Positions 1 through 9,923 of a stretch of DNA of 64,000 bases are shown piece after piece. The first letter of the stretch is position 1, and each line of letters starts with the position of its first letter. Origin of the DNA: Euryarchaeota archaeon UBA251. GTDB lineage: Archaea; Thermoplasmatota; Poseidoniia; Poseidoniales; Thalassarchaeaceae. The notes under the pieces were generated by a model. That model did not search any database. It was not told where the DNA came from and was given only the letters and a program-made list of their open reading frames with translations. Both the position numbers and the translations under genes were made by a program. Location of the stretch: contig DAFJ01000024.1 of the NCBI GenBank assembly GCA_002497905.1, positions 260-64,259 on the forward strand. The letters run 5' to 3'.

Positions 1-1
1 G

Positions 2-3000
2 GGTTTCCATCATACGACATGGGCTAATTATTCCGATGTTGCAGTTCTCATCAATAACAGAAGTATGGACAGTGTCCAAATAGGCGAAACTTTCGCTGCA
101 GCTCGTGGTATTCCAGAGGAACGAATCTTCCGCTTAACCAATGAAAGCACCCCTACCAGTGAGACAATCAATGCAGGGCAATTCGACGAGTTCTTTGCTG
201 ATCCAGTTCGAGAGATGATGCTAAATCGGTCACTTGGCGGCGAAATCAACTACATTGTCACCACAAAAGGCATTCCACTTCGGGTTAATGGAGGCACTAA
301 TTCACGTGCATCATTTGATTCAGAACTAGCTCTAATCGATTCTGCGCAGTATTCTCCAGCAATTCATGCGAATTACTGGACTGAGCATGCGTATGGCCCT
401 TGGTCGGACACAGTTGGAGATGATTATTCCAGTTATAGTGAGACGCCTGTGCCAATATTCAATCGGATTGATCAGGGATTCTATATTGTTACTAGATTGA
501 CTGGATATGATGTTAGTACTGCACTTGGCCTCATTGATCTTGCCAACGAGTCATACGGTTCTAGAGGCACTACTGTTCTCGATTTGGCTACAAATCGGAA
601 TTCTTCTGGATATCAGTTCTGGAATGATGCCCTATATCGTGCCGATGAAATAGTCAATGGCACCCTTGGTTTTCCTACCGAGTTCAATCAGAACTCAACT
701 TATCTGACGAATGTCGATAATGTAATCCAATATGCTGCGTGGGGGAGTAACGACGGCTCTTGGGGGGATAACCAACTACCAGACAGTGGGTTGGATGCTC
801 CGGATGGCTCTACAAGTTCGGGTATCCGTTCATGGGAGGCATCCACTCCTGTGGTATCGGTAGGGGAGACAAGTGATTGGTACTGGGACGATTCCGTTAA
901 GAAAAATGGCAATGGGGCAGCATCTCTCAGTATTTCATCGGCACCGTGCTCGGCAACAAATGGGGAGATTACCTCAGGCCTCTTAGCTGAGTATTTCGAC
1001 AATCAGGGATTGTCTTACAACTCATCCTTCATGCCGAATCTCACAAACCGTGCCCCGAACCATTTCCGTTCCGAGGCCAACATCGATCAGACTCAAGTGA
1101 ACACATATTGGGCCGGTCTCGATTCACGGTTTGCCGACTATTTCTCGGTACGTCACACTGGTGTGCTGACAATTCCCGAGGATGGGAACTGGACAATCTA
1201 TTCTAATGCTGATGACGGTGTTATGATTTGGATTGATGACGTCCTAGTCGTCAACAATTCAGGTGTGCATGGTATGCGAGAGGTGGGTGTTACGGTCAAT
1301 CTTACGGGGGGCGAACATCGATTCCGAGCCGAGTTCTTTGAGCATGGCGGATGGGCCGGTCATATCGTTTCATGGGAGGGTCCAAATCTAACAAAACAGG
1401 TAATTCCTCCTTCAGCGTTCAGTCGTGCGATGAGTGCTCCCATCCGTTCGGATATTCTAGTCCATCATTGGGATTTTGAAGCTGGGAACGGAACAGTCGT
1501 CGAGGACTTGGTTGGTGATGCGAATCTTTCCATGTCAGGGTCTCCAACATGGCAATCCTGTTTGCTTGGGAACTGTATCCATTTGGATGGTGTTGATGAT
1601 GAACTACGAGTGGATGTTGACGATCGCTTAGGTAATTTCACTATCTCCCTGTGGGCTAAGGCGAACCATACAGGACAACCAGGGTATGCCTCTGTTGTAG
1701 CTGTGAATGATGTGGGTGGCGATTTCGATTCTTTCCAAATTATGACTAGTGGTTCGACACCAGGTGTCTGGCAACTATATCACAACTCTAGATACGATTT
1801 TGGCACAGTTTCTGCAAGTGAATGGGTTCACTTTGTGGTGGTGAAGGACGGTGATCAACTGATGCAGTACATGGATGGAACTCTCGTCAATAATATCACA
1901 TTGCCAAGCGGAGCAATCGATGAGATTGATCTTTACAAATTCGGTGTTAATCGAGCAGGAAATACGCATTGGGCTGGACAAATCGACGAGGTTCAGGTGT
2001 GGACCGAGGCTCTCAATGCATCCGACATTACTCTGGTTAATGGGGAAGTAGCCCTCGATTGTCCATCTTTCACAACCGTTGGTCAGGGATTAAGTCGAAT
2101 CTCTACTAACCTCACAATTGATTTAGAACAGACAGACCATGCGTGGATTCTCTCAGGTCATGGCCGATCTACAGGGGAGATTAATGCAGATTGGATGTTG
2201 AACATAGAAGCTTACGACGGCAATGGCTCTCTTCTTTCAGTCAATTCAACCAATCCAACTACCATGACACCTTCTTGGGCCCAACAGGCCATACGATTCC
2301 GTCCACATGAAAATGCAACCACATTACAGATTTCTTACGAAGCCGAGATTCTGAATATTAGTCGCGAAGGCACCTTGCACTTCGACACGACAAATCTTCG
2401 AATTATCCGCCCACATATGGGCTGGATTCCAGGGTCTATCGCGGAGACTGCAGTATCAACGGGGGGGCGTTCCTTCAATTGGGGCACAGAATATGGGCAG
2501 AGCCTCATTGCCGATATTCTTGAGGATGGTGTTTCTGGTGTCAAAGGATATGTGTACGAGCCTTATCTGACAGCAGTATCTAGGCCAGATTTGATGACTG
2601 CTTACTATGCATCAGGGTACAATCTTGGTGAGGCTTACACTGCATCTAACGGCCACCTGTCTTGGATGGGAGTGGTTGTAGGGGACCCAAAGATGGCGCC
2701 ATTTTCGGATCAGTTACACGACGTAGAAGTTCGGAATGTATCGATACCTGTTAGGGCTTCAGCGAATGAGAATTTTGAGATACATGTGGACGTTGCAAAT
2801 CTTGGTGCATCATCCGCATCTGGATGGATTGAAGTTAGGGAAAGAATTGGTAACTATCTGTTGACAAATCAATCGATTACTTTGCCTGCAGGCGATGAAC
2901 CGGGTTCTATCGCAACACTCCTCATCCCGGTTATGACTTCAACTACCGGATATGTGGATTTCCAGGTTCGTTACATCGCGGATGATGGTCCAATCTTGAA

Positions 3001-4987
3001 TCGATCCCAGTTTGTGCAGTCGAGAATTCTCTCAGAAAGGGTCGTACACAACAATTTTCAAACGGTGAATACGCAAATTAACGGGCCCCCGGTAATCACA
3101 GATATTGCTTGTTCGTCAAATGTTGTCCCACGCGGTGCTACTGTTGCTTGTTGGGTGGATGCGACGGATGATTTTGGTATGGCAACAGCTCAAATGACAA
3201 TCATCGGACCAGAAGGATTTGTCTTGATTTCGATGAATGCTCTATCGAGTGGTTCCGAACGATGGACAGCCTTCTTCGATGTTCCTGGTAATGCCACCCT
3301 TGATTTTTATGATGTACAATTCGATATTACCGACATCGATGGCGTCAATGTGACTTCAAACCTCACCGATGCTCTTGAATTCATAGATTCCCCTTCGATT
3401 TGGTATGGGATTCACATTCAGGGTGCTGATGAGAACGATTGGAACGGAGATACAAATCTTCCATCAAGCACCCCTGAAGGAATGATTCGAGGGAGAGAAG
3501 CAATCATTCGTGCTTGTGTTGAGGATGTAGATCATGATCCTATTACTGAGGCTCCTACGTTCTCTTTTGAATCCGGTGTCTTAGGGGTTGTCGTCGCTCT
3601 TCCGAAGGATCCATCATCTAGTTTTCATTGCTATGCAAGCACCTTACTCCTTCCATTAGATCAGCCATTAATCCCCATTCTTGGCCGTCTAATTGATTCA
3701 GAGGGAAATACCCAGTCAACCCGATCGATCCGCGTTGAAAACGAGGCACCAACCGTTTTGTTGACCTTTGAGAGGGAGGGTATATCGGAAGGTTTCGCAT
3801 TTGGTGTTGGAAATGAATCAGTGAGAATTTCCGTGTTGGATTTGGATGCTGTAAATGGAATGGCAAATGGTCAATTGACATTGCAATGGCCAGAGCAGGG
3901 TGAGATGAAAATCCCGTTCACGGCCATGACTGATGGTACTGATACTATCGTCCCGATTCCGATGCCTGGCCCGGGTCTGACGGCAGGTACGCTCTTACTC
4001 GATGTATCTGTTATCGATCGTGATGCAGGTCAAGCTATCCAATCTATTTCTTTACCTGTAGAGACTCGTCCACCGTCAATTTCAGAGATTAACATCTGTC
4101 GAGGAGGGGAGATATTCCCTCTAGTAAATGGTTCAATCTTGAATCGAGGTGAGGCCAATCACATGGTAGTGTCTCTCGATATCCATCGCAAGGTCTTGCA
4201 GACGACTGCATCAATTCGTCAGGCAGGGTGGAGTGAGACGCTTGATTTCTCACTTGAAACCCCTTCTAACTGTGAGGTATTAGATGCCATTGTATACACT
4301 GTGAATGTTCCTTCAGATTTCACAGAGGGGGGGGCCTCAATCGTATTGATTGCTGTGGATCAGGATGGGCTGGCCTCGGGCTGGACCGAATCGATTGAGA
4401 TTATTTTTCCCTCACCTGTAATTCACGATATTCATTGGCCATTAGGGGCTGAGGTTGGTATCCCTAGTACGATAGGGTTCAATGTAACAGATCTTGACGA
4501 CTTGTCTAGTGTTCTGTGCAATATCGATATTGTTCAAGGGAACCTTAGTATTCTATCTGTAGAGGCGTCACCCGGCCAGGAGGGTGGCATTCTTGTCGAA
4601 TGGAAACCAGGTCGACCGATGGAGAACGTCAGTGCAAGTATTGTGTGTCGAGATGAGCTTGGTCGTGTTGACGAATCCAATATCACGGGATTGAATGTCA
4701 CAGGGGAGGTGGAACTACTCATAGATGATTCATTTGAAGAAACTGAGGAACAGGCGGATGGAATTGGTTTCATGTTACCTGGTGTCGTACTCGCAGTTCT
4801 GATACTGTTGCTGTTAATTACTCAAGTATTACGCAGCGCACGTTTTACTTCGATGAAGGATGAATCCGAATCTCCTTGGATTGTTGCGGAATCCGATGCT
4901 TTACTGATGCAACTCGACACCTCTTCAATTACTGATGATGAATCTGATGTTTCGACAAATGATAGTGATGTTGTGAATGAGGATTGA
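2..4987 (+). CDS. Giant membrane-anchored surface protein (5' end outside the window) with PA14 and LamG/concanavalin-like lectin domains, a long beta-rich stalk, a C-terminal TM anchor and an acidic tail
   Basis: The frame is open from nt 2 with no stop before the ATG at 65, so the true start lies upstream. PA14-like block GLLAEYFDN..FSVRHTG..DDGVMIWIDD..HIVSWEG at ~977-1385. LamG-like block HHWDFE..LDGVDDELRV..FTISLWAK..IDEVQVWTEAL at ~1460-2030. Hydrophobic helix LPGVVLAVLILLLLITQVL at ~4770-4835. Confidence 0.85.
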   Translation, partial: GFHHTTWANYSDVAVLINNRSMDSVQIGETFAAARGIPEERIFRLTNESTPTSETINAGQFDEFFADPVREMMLNRSLGGEINYIVTTKGIPLRVNGGTNSRASFDSELALIDSAQYSPAIHANYWTEHAYGPWSDTVGDDYSSYSETPVPIFNRIDQGFYIVTRLTGYDVSTALGLIDLANESYGSRGTTVLDLATNRNSSGYQFWNDALYRADEIVNGTLGFPTEFNQNSTYLTNVDNVIQYAAWGSNDGSWGDNQLPDSGLDAPDGSTSSGIRSWEASTPVVSVGETSDWYWDDSVKKNGNGAASLSISSAPCSATNGEITSGLLAEYFDNQGLSYNSSFMPNLTNRAPNHFRSEANIDQTQVNTYWAGLDSRFADYFSVRHTGVLTIPEDGNWTIYSNADDGVMIWIDDVLVVNNSGVHGMREVGVTVNLTGGEHRFRAEFFEHGGWAGHIVSWEGPNLTKQVIPPSAFSRAMSAPIRSDILVHHWDFEAGNGTVVEDLVGDANLSMSGSPTWQSCLLGNCIHLDGVDDELRVDVDDRLGNFTISLWAKANHTGQPGYASVVAVNDVGGDFDSFQIMTSGSTPGVWQLYHNSRYDFGTVSASEWVHFVVVKDGDQLMQYMDGTLVNNITLPSGAIDEIDLYKFGVNRAGNTHWAGQIDEVQVWTEALNASDITLVNGEVALDCPSFTTVGQGLSRISTNLTIDLEQTDHAWILSGHGRSTGEINADWMLNIEAYDGNGSLLSVNSTNPTTMTPSWAQQAIRFRPHENATTLQISYEAEILNISREGTLHFDTTNLRIIRPHMGWIPGSIAETAVSTGGRSFNWGTEYGQSLIADILEDGVSGVKGYVYEPYLTAVSRPDLMTAYYASGYNLGEAYTASNGHLSWMGVVVGDPKMAPFSDQLHDVEVRNVSIPVRASANENFEIHVDVANLGASSASGWIEVRERIGNYLLTNQSITLPAGDEPGSIATLLIPVMTSTTGYVDFQVRYIADDGPILNRSQFVQSRILSERVVHNNFQTVNTQINGPPVITDIACSSNVVPRGATVACWVDATDDFGMATAQMTIIGPEGFVLISMNALSSGSERWTAFFDVPGNATLDFYDVQFDITDIDGVNVTSNLTDALEFIDSPSIWYGIHIQGADENDWNGDTNLPSSTPEGMIRGREAIIRACVEDVDHDPITEAPTFSFESGVLGVVVALPKDPSSSFHCYASTLLLPLDQPLIPILGRLIDSEGNTQSTRSIRVENEAPTVLLTFEREGISEGFAFGVGNESVRISVLDLDAVNGMANGQLTLQWPEQGEMKIPFTAMTDGTDTIVPIPMPGPGLTAGTLLLDVSVIDRDAGQAIQSISLPVETRPPSISEINICRGGEIFPLVNGSILNRGEANHMVVSLDIHRKVLQTTASIRQAGWSETLDFSLETPSNCEVLDAIVYTVNVPSDFTEGGASIVLIAVDQDGLASGWTESIEIIFPSPVIHDIHWPLGAEVGIPSTIGFNVTDLDDLSSVLCNIDIVQGNLSILSVEASPGQEGGILVEWKPGRPMENVSASIVCRDELGRVDESNITGLNVTGEVELLIDDSFEETEEQADGIGFMLPGVVLAVLILLLLITQVLRSARFTSMKDESESPWIVAESDALLMQLDTSSITDDESDVSTNDSDVVNED

Positions 4988-5019
4988 GTTGATTACTGTA
5001 GCAAAGCCTTGATTGGCTA

Positions 5020-5271
5020 ATGCCTTTATCGCCCTCCATGGCAACTGGATACGTGCTTGTGAATGTTGAACCGGGAATGGAGTTCTCTGTCTTTGAATCG
5101 GTTAAGGGACTGGATAAAGTTGCAGATGCAACTCTCCTTTTCGGCGACTATGATCTAATAATCAAGGTAATTTCAGAAGACATGTCTTCTATTGCCGCAT
5201 TTGTCGTTGAGAAAGTACGCCAAGTCGAAGGTGTTTCAAACACAAAAACACTTGCTGGCGCTGAGATTTGA
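5020..5271 (+). CDS. Stand-alone Lrp/AsnC-type ligand-binding (RAM) domain protein without an HTH
   Basis: 83-aa ORF. The pattern GYVLVNVEPG..DLIIKV..VEKVRQVEGVSNTKT is typical of the C-terminal effector domain of Lrp/AsnC regulators. ATG at 5020, alternative ATG at 5041. Confidence 0.65.
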   Translation: MPLSPSMATGYVLVNVEPGMEFSVFESVKGLDKVADATLLFGDYDLIIKVISEDMSSIAAFVVEKVRQVEGVSNTKTLAGAEI

Positions 5272-5351
5272 GCACATCGATGGACTGCGAGGAACCCCTC
5301 GGAATCCCTGAAAAACCGTTGATTTCGGAGACGTATTGCGTTTTTGTGGTT

Positions 5352-5394
5352 AAAGTTTATACGCGAGAAACCAAGCAGGTTTGTTCACAGGTGA
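5352..5394 (+). promoter_or_regulatory. Putative archaeal BRE/TATA (AAAGTTTATA, 5352-5361) and Shine-Dalgarno (AGGTGA, 5389-5394) for the MC1 gene
   Basis: The A/T-rich TTTATA lies ~40 nt upstream of the ATG at 5401. AGGTGA lies 6 nt upstream of that ATG. Confidence 0.35.
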
Positions 5395-5400
5395 AGCCTG

Positions 5401-5667
5401 ATGAGTGAAAAGAAGTACTTCGTACTAATGGAAAACGGGAAGGACACCTCCACGGTGTACCACAACAAGCAGCCCCGCCAGGCGGCCCTAAAGGCCGCCA
5501 ACAAGGGACACAAGGACATCCGTCTGCGCGAGCGCGGCACGGACAAGGTCCACGTGTTCACTGGGCAGCGCAACCAGGTGCCAAAGCCTGCTAGCGCACC
5601 TGCGTGGCTGAAGGGTGACACGGTCTGGAAGGCCAACGTCAGCAAGGTCGGCATCGAGCGCCTTTGA
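5401..5667 (+). CDS. Archaeal chromatin protein MC1 (non-histone chromosomal protein MC1 family)
   Basis: 88 aa and basic. KQPRQAALKAANKG and IRLRERGTDKVHVF match the signature segments I recall from Methanosarcina MC1 (GKQPRQAALKAANRG, IRLRERGTKKVHVF). The PAW..K..V.K..IE+L tail is also shared. Confidence 0.85.
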   Translation: MSEKKYFVLMENGKDTSTVYHNKQPRQAALKAANKGHKDIRLRERGTDKVHVFTGQRNQVPKPASAPAWLKGDTVWKANVSKVGIERL

Positions 5668-5734
5668 GCAGCTCTGCAGACACCCTCTTGGAAATAATTC
5701 CCATGAACCGCCCTTAGGGCCCAGAACATCCCCC

Positions 5735-5769
5735 GCCTTAGACCGTCGGCGTCCCCTTCGGTCTTAGGC
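5735..5769 (+). terminator. Stem-loop downstream of the MC1 gene, possibly a terminator or stability element
   Basis: GCCUUAGACCG (5735-5745) pairs with CGGUCUUAGGC (5759-5769) at 10 of 11 positions, with a 13-nt loop. A pyrimidine tract CTTCTTCTCT follows. Confidence 0.3.
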
Positions 5770-5858
5770 GAACCCCTTCTTCTCTGAATTATCCATTTGA
5801 GTTATTGGATAGAGGTTATTCTTGATAGAGTGTCTTCAGGTTTTTTTTCCTGATAGCA

Positions 5859-6440
5859 ATGCAGATGTCTCCCTTTGAATTCGTGACTATTTTCTGTTCG
5901 TTGATTCTTGGTTTGGCTCTTACGCACATCTTTCGAGCAGTATCGGATTTGTATGAAATACGTGACCGAGTCAAAACATATTGGCTCAATTCGCTTTGGG
6001 TTGTCACCGTTACTATGTGGGCGATTTACACATGGTGGGGGTTGTGGTCGCTATCTATCGATATGGATATCTGGAATTATGGACAATATTGGTTCCTGGT
6101 CGTGAATCTGTCTTCAATCTACTTTTTCACGACACTGGTCCTTCCTAAAGCAACAGATGAAGGGCAGATTAATCTTGAAAATCACTACTATTCGGTGCAC
6201 AAGGCCTTCTTTGTCATCGTAGCAATTTCGTTATTCTCATCTAGCGCGGTGAACTTTGCTCTGTTCGGGAAGGCGCTAGCTACACCTCAGGTGATTATGC
6301 CTACAATTGTGGGTTGTGCTGCTGTAGGGGCTGCCATTAACAATTCCAAGAAGTATCACCAAGTCATCGGTGTTTTCATGTTCTTGATGTTCATTGCCTT
6401 CCAGATGACAGATGAATTGGTAATCACCTTCACACCCTGA
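5859..6440 (+). CDS. Polytopic membrane protein, unknown function
   Basis: 193-aa ORF with ATG at 5859 and about six hydrophobic helices. I recognise no family motif. Confidence 0.55.
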   Translation: MQMSPFEFVTIFCSLILGLALTHIFRAVSDLYEIRDRVKTYWLNSLWVVTVTMWAIYTWWGLWSLSIDMDIWNYGQYWFLVVNLSSIYFFTTLVLPKATDEGQINLENHYYSVHKAFFVIVAISLFSSSAVNFALFGKALATPQVIMPTIVGCAAVGAAINNSKKYHQVIGVFMFLMFIAFQMTDELVITFTP

Positions 6441-6455
6441 TCGGATGCAACTTGC

Positions 6456-7223
6456 TTATTTGCGAAGACCAAGTTTCTTCGCAAGTATCGCAAGTGGGTC
6501 GTAGTATTCGGTGACTACACGTTCCTTTAACGGAATGATTGCGTTGTCTGTAATGTTAATTCCAGCAGGGCATACTTCTGTGCAGCAACGAGTAATATTA
6601 CAGTAATTGATGCCAAAATCGTCCTTTATCTCTTTCAATCGTTCTATCTTGTCAAGCGGATGCATTTCTAAACCTGCAAGTCGGACAAAGAACCTTGGAC
6701 CAACAAATTCTTCGAACATTTGGTGTTCACGCATTACATGGCATGTATTCACACATAACATGCACTCAATGCAACTTCTGAATTCTTGAATCCGATTTGC
6801 TTCGTTTTGATGGAAAACCCAATCTTTCTCATCTGGGCCTGAGATTGGCGATATTCGCTTATCTGTTTTGTAAGCCCACGATGTGTCTGTGACTAGATCG
6901 CGAAGTAGCGGAAATGATTGCATGGGTTTTATTGTAATTGGAGCAGATGGGTCAGGCATATCATGAAACACTTCGTCCATTCTAGTCATGCACATTAGTT
7001 GTGATTTTCCATTAATTTCCGCGCTGCAAGATCCACATTTACCAGCCTTACAATTCCACCTACATGCTAAATCAGGTGCGTCAGATGATTGTATTCTATG
7101 AATAACATCGAGAACAACCATACCTTCGTCTAATTCGACAGTGTAGTCGATCATTTCTCCTTGAGCGACTCCTGAATCATCAGGAGCGCCCCTGAAGACA
7201 CTGAAAGTAACTTTGTCTGCCAA
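6456..7223 (-). CDS. sdhB: Succinate dehydrogenase/fumarate reductase iron-sulfur subunit
   Basis: 2Fe-2S motif CRWNCKAGKCGSC and 4Fe-4S/3Fe-4S motifs CIECMLCVNTC and CTEVCP. The start is TTG at 7223, 2 nt after the sdhA stop. Confidence 0.9.
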   Translation of the reverse strand: MADKVTFSVFRGAPDDSGVAQGEMIDYTVELDEGMVVLDVIHRIQSSDAPDLACRWNCKAGKCGSCSAEINGKSQLMCMTRMDEVFHDMPDPSAPITIKPMQSFPLLRDLVTDTSWAYKTDKRISPISGPDEKDWVFHQNEANRIQEFRSCIECMLCVNTCHVMREHQMFEEFVGPRFFVRLAGLEMHPLDKIERLKEIKDDFGINYCNITRCCTEVCPAGINITDNAIIPLKERVVTEYYDPLAILAKKLGLRK

Positions 7224-7225
7224 TT

Positions 7226-9058
7226 TTATTCCTCCTCGTGCAGGTCATCCTTGTCAAGGTGCACCTTCAATTCCTCGGGTATTGGAGGGTACTTGGTATA
7301 ATCAATTACCATATTTCCACTTTCATCTTGTTTGATACGACTGTTGATTTTTCCCCATTTTTGATGATCTGGGATCGGAAAATCCTCTCTCGTGTGGCCA
7401 CCTCGACTTTCCTCACGATGTAATGCAGCAAGAGCGCACATCCGGCTAACATCTATCATCGCCTGTATTTCCAACGATTGATGCCAGCCGGGGTTGTATA
7501 TCCTGCCACCTGGAGAAGATGTAAATTTCGCTCTATTCTCTAACTCATCCAGATCTTTCAAGGCTTCTTTGAGTAGTTTTCCAGTGCGGATGATCCCTAC
7601 TTTGTTTTGCATCATGTGGCGCAAATCCTCAACAACAGTTGCGGGGTTCTCACCTTCTGAGCGGTTGAGTGGGGCTAGGGTAGTTTTGATTGCATAATCA
7701 ATTTCTTTTTGATCGATATCAAGATAATCTGAAGTGGATTTTGCAGCAATAGCCGCGGCTTCTCCTGCAATCTTCCCGAACACAATCAGGTCTGAGAGGG
7801 AATTTCCTCCAAGCCGATTGGCTCCGTGGAGTCCTGTCGCTGCTTCTCCAGCAGCATATAACCCTGGAACTGTTGTTTCTTGGGTATACGAATCAACTTT
7901 GACTCCCCCCATAACATAATGCGCGGTTGGCCCAACTTCCATAGCTTGCTTGGTAATGTCAACTGCGGCGAGTTCCATGAATTGGTGATACATACCTGGG
8001 AGTTTCTTTCTAACTTCATCTTCGTCTCTCCATGAAATATCAAGATATGCTCCACCATGTTCAGATGCGCGGCCTGCTTCTCGTTCACTGTTTATCGCTT
8101 TTGCAACAACATCTCGGGTTAGCAGTTCAGGGGGCCGTCTTTTTGTTGCGAGTTTGCCGGCGATCACTTCTTCTACCCATTCTAGAGCCTCTTGCTCTGT
8201 ATCTGCAAATTCCTCTCTGTACATTTCTGGAACATAATCGAACATGAATCGTTTCCCTTCGGAATTACGCAGCATTCCACCTTCGCCTCGAACTCCTTCA
8301 GTAACTAAGATCCCTTTTACTGACGGTGGCCAAATCATTCCAGTAGGATGGAACTGTACGAATTCCATGTCACCCATATGTGCTCCAACCCAGTATGCAA
8401 GCGCATGTCCTTCTCCAGTATATTCCCAAGACCCAGAACAAACTTCCCAGCATCGAGTTATGCCTCCAGTTGCAAGAACGATTTTTTTTGCTTTGAAAAG
8501 ATGCAAACTACCATCTTGACGGTTGTAACAAAAAAATCCACTGATATGGCCATCGGTCTTGAATAGCGTTCGAACCGTATATTCCATGAATACCTCCATG
8601 CCTGTGTGGATTCCTTTTTGCTGCAATGTTCGTATTATTTCGAGACCAGTTGCATCTCCGATATGGGCAAGCCTTGGGAAGGTATGGCCTCCGAAGTTTC
8701 TCTGATTGGTTATCCCTTTTGGAGTTCGATCGAAAACAGCCCCCCATTGTTCCAATTCTCGGATACGGTCAGGTGCTTGTTGAGCATGAATTTGAGCCAT
8801 CCTCCAGTCTCCAAGATATTTTCCTCCTTTCATTGTATCACGAAAGTGTGTTTGCCATGAATCACGATGATCTTTGTTTGAAAGAGCTGCTGCGGCTCCT
8901 CCTTCAGCCATAACTGTGTGAGCTTTTCCTAGCATTGATTTGGAAATAATAGCAACTGAAACATTATGAGAACTTGCTTCGATTGCAGCTCTGAGGCCTG
9001 CCCCACCAGCTCCAATCACTACCACATCATACTGGTGAGTAGTATATCCTTCATCCAT
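7226..9058 (-). CDS. sdhA: Succinate dehydrogenase/fumarate reductase flavoprotein subunit
   Basis: N-terminal FAD fold YDVVVIGAGGAGLRAA, an FAD-attachment-region His in GKAHTVMAEGG, and HPTG, RGEGG and GANRLGGNSL motifs. Confidence 0.95.
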   Translation of the reverse strand: MDEGYTTHQYDVVVIGAGGAGLRAAIEASSHNVSVAIISKSMLGKAHTVMAEGGAAAALSNKDHRDSWQTHFRDTMKGGKYLGDWRMAQIHAQQAPDRIRELEQWGAVFDRTPKGITNQRNFGGHTFPRLAHIGDATGLEIIRTLQQKGIHTGMEVFMEYTVRTLFKTDGHISGFFCYNRQDGSLHLFKAKKIVLATGGITRCWEVCSGSWEYTGEGHALAYWVGAHMGDMEFVQFHPTGMIWPPSVKGILVTEGVRGEGGMLRNSEGKRFMFDYVPEMYREEFADTEQEALEWVEEVIAGKLATKRRPPELLTRDVVAKAINSEREAGRASEHGGAYLDISWRDEDEVRKKLPGMYHQFMELAAVDITKQAMEVGPTAHYVMGGVKVDSYTQETTVPGLYAAGEAATGLHGANRLGGNSLSDLIVFGKIAGEAAAIAAKSTSDYLDIDQKEIDYAIKTTLAPLNRSEGENPATVVEDLRHMMQNKVGIIRTGKLLKEALKDLDELENRAKFTSSPGGRIYNPGWHQSLEIQAMIDVSRMCALAALHREESRGGHTREDFPIPDHQKWGKINSRIKQDESGNMVIDYTKYPPIPEELKVHLDKDDLHEEE

Positions 9059-9068
9059 AGGTCAAACC

Positions 9069-9923
9069 TCAGAATATCCTGGGGTCGCTGAGGACCCCCT
9101 CTGCGACACCCCACACAAATAAGTCCCCAAGAAAAACCATTGCTAAACTGGTCCAAAACCAAAATCCATGGTGAATATTGAAACCACTTACAATTTCGTA
9201 CATTTTTCCTTGAAATTTCCCAAGGCTACCCCTCCATCTATTTGCTCCTCCTCCAATCAAATGTCTGAATGCATGGCATGATGTTACGTACATAGTTAGA
9301 AGGAAGGCTTCGATTGTAAGCACTATTGTTCCAATGGATAGCCCAATGCTAGTTTGTCCATTAGGCGAGTAGAATTGCATTGTGTGAAGGATATCGAAAT
9401 ACTTCATTGTCAGTATGATCAATGCTAGGTATAGCATGTATCTATGTAGATGATTAAAGAAGAAAAGTCCTCTTTCACCACGGTATCCAATCTTCTTGGA
9501 AATTTTAGGCTCCGCGACCATACATGCGCTTGGACTAGCAAAAAAAGTCCTGTAGTACACTTTTCGCATGTAATAGCAAGTCCCGCGAAAACCAAATGGA
9601 ATCCATAGAATCAACATCGCAGAATTTGCCCAATTTGGAACATCTAGATTCCAGAGATGGATGATATCTGGAGAGAAAATTGGACTTGTAACCCTGTGAT
9701 TTTCATAGTGGATTTGAGAATCAAAGAAAACCAGCCTCAACACTGTGTATACTAAGGCTGCAGTTAGTGCAACCCCCATCCACAGTGGTTGTGTCCACCA
9801 CCGATCAATCCTATCCGTTTCTCCAAAACCACTGGACATTGGGAGCTTGACTGTAGTTCCCATAGTATAGCACCTTACCCTTTTTTCAACGGTCTTTATC
9901 TCTATTGTTTCTTGGAATCCCAT
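9069..9923 (-). CDS. sdhC: Probable SDH membrane anchor/cytochrome b subunit (single large subunit, five helices)
   Basis: Sits directly upstream of sdhA-sdhB on the same strand. About 5 TM helices with conserved His residues. ATG at 9923 overlaps the upstream stop (TGATG); the track start at 9926 is TTG. Confidence 0.5.
   Translation of the reverse strand: MGFQETIEIKTVEKRVRCYTMGTTVKLPMSSGFGETDRIDRWWTQPLWMGVALTAALVYTVLRLVFFDSQIHYENHRVTSPIFSPDIIHLWNLDVPNWANSAMLILWIPFGFRGTCYYMRKVYYRTFFASPSACMVAEPKISKKIGYRGERGLFFFNHLHRYMLYLALIILTMKYFDILHTMQFYSPNGQTSIGLSIGTIVLTIEAFLLTMYVTSCHAFRHLIGGGANRWRGSLGKFQGKMYEIVSGFNIHHGFWFWTSLAMVFLGDLFVWGVAEGVLSDPRIF

Noticed and set aside
5385-5729. 114-aa minus-strand ORF antisense to the MC1 gene
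   Set aside because: A typical open antisense frame in a GC3-rich gene. The plus-strand product has clear family signatures.
5668-5800. C/D-box sRNA downstream of MC1 (CUGA at 5784-5787)
   Set aside because: There is no RUGAUGA box C at the expected distance. The region is better explained as a 3' UTR hairpin.
7238-8913. Series of 60-100-aa ORFs on both strands inside sdhA
   Set aside because: They lie entirely within a well-supported 610-aa flavoprotein gene and have no motifs.
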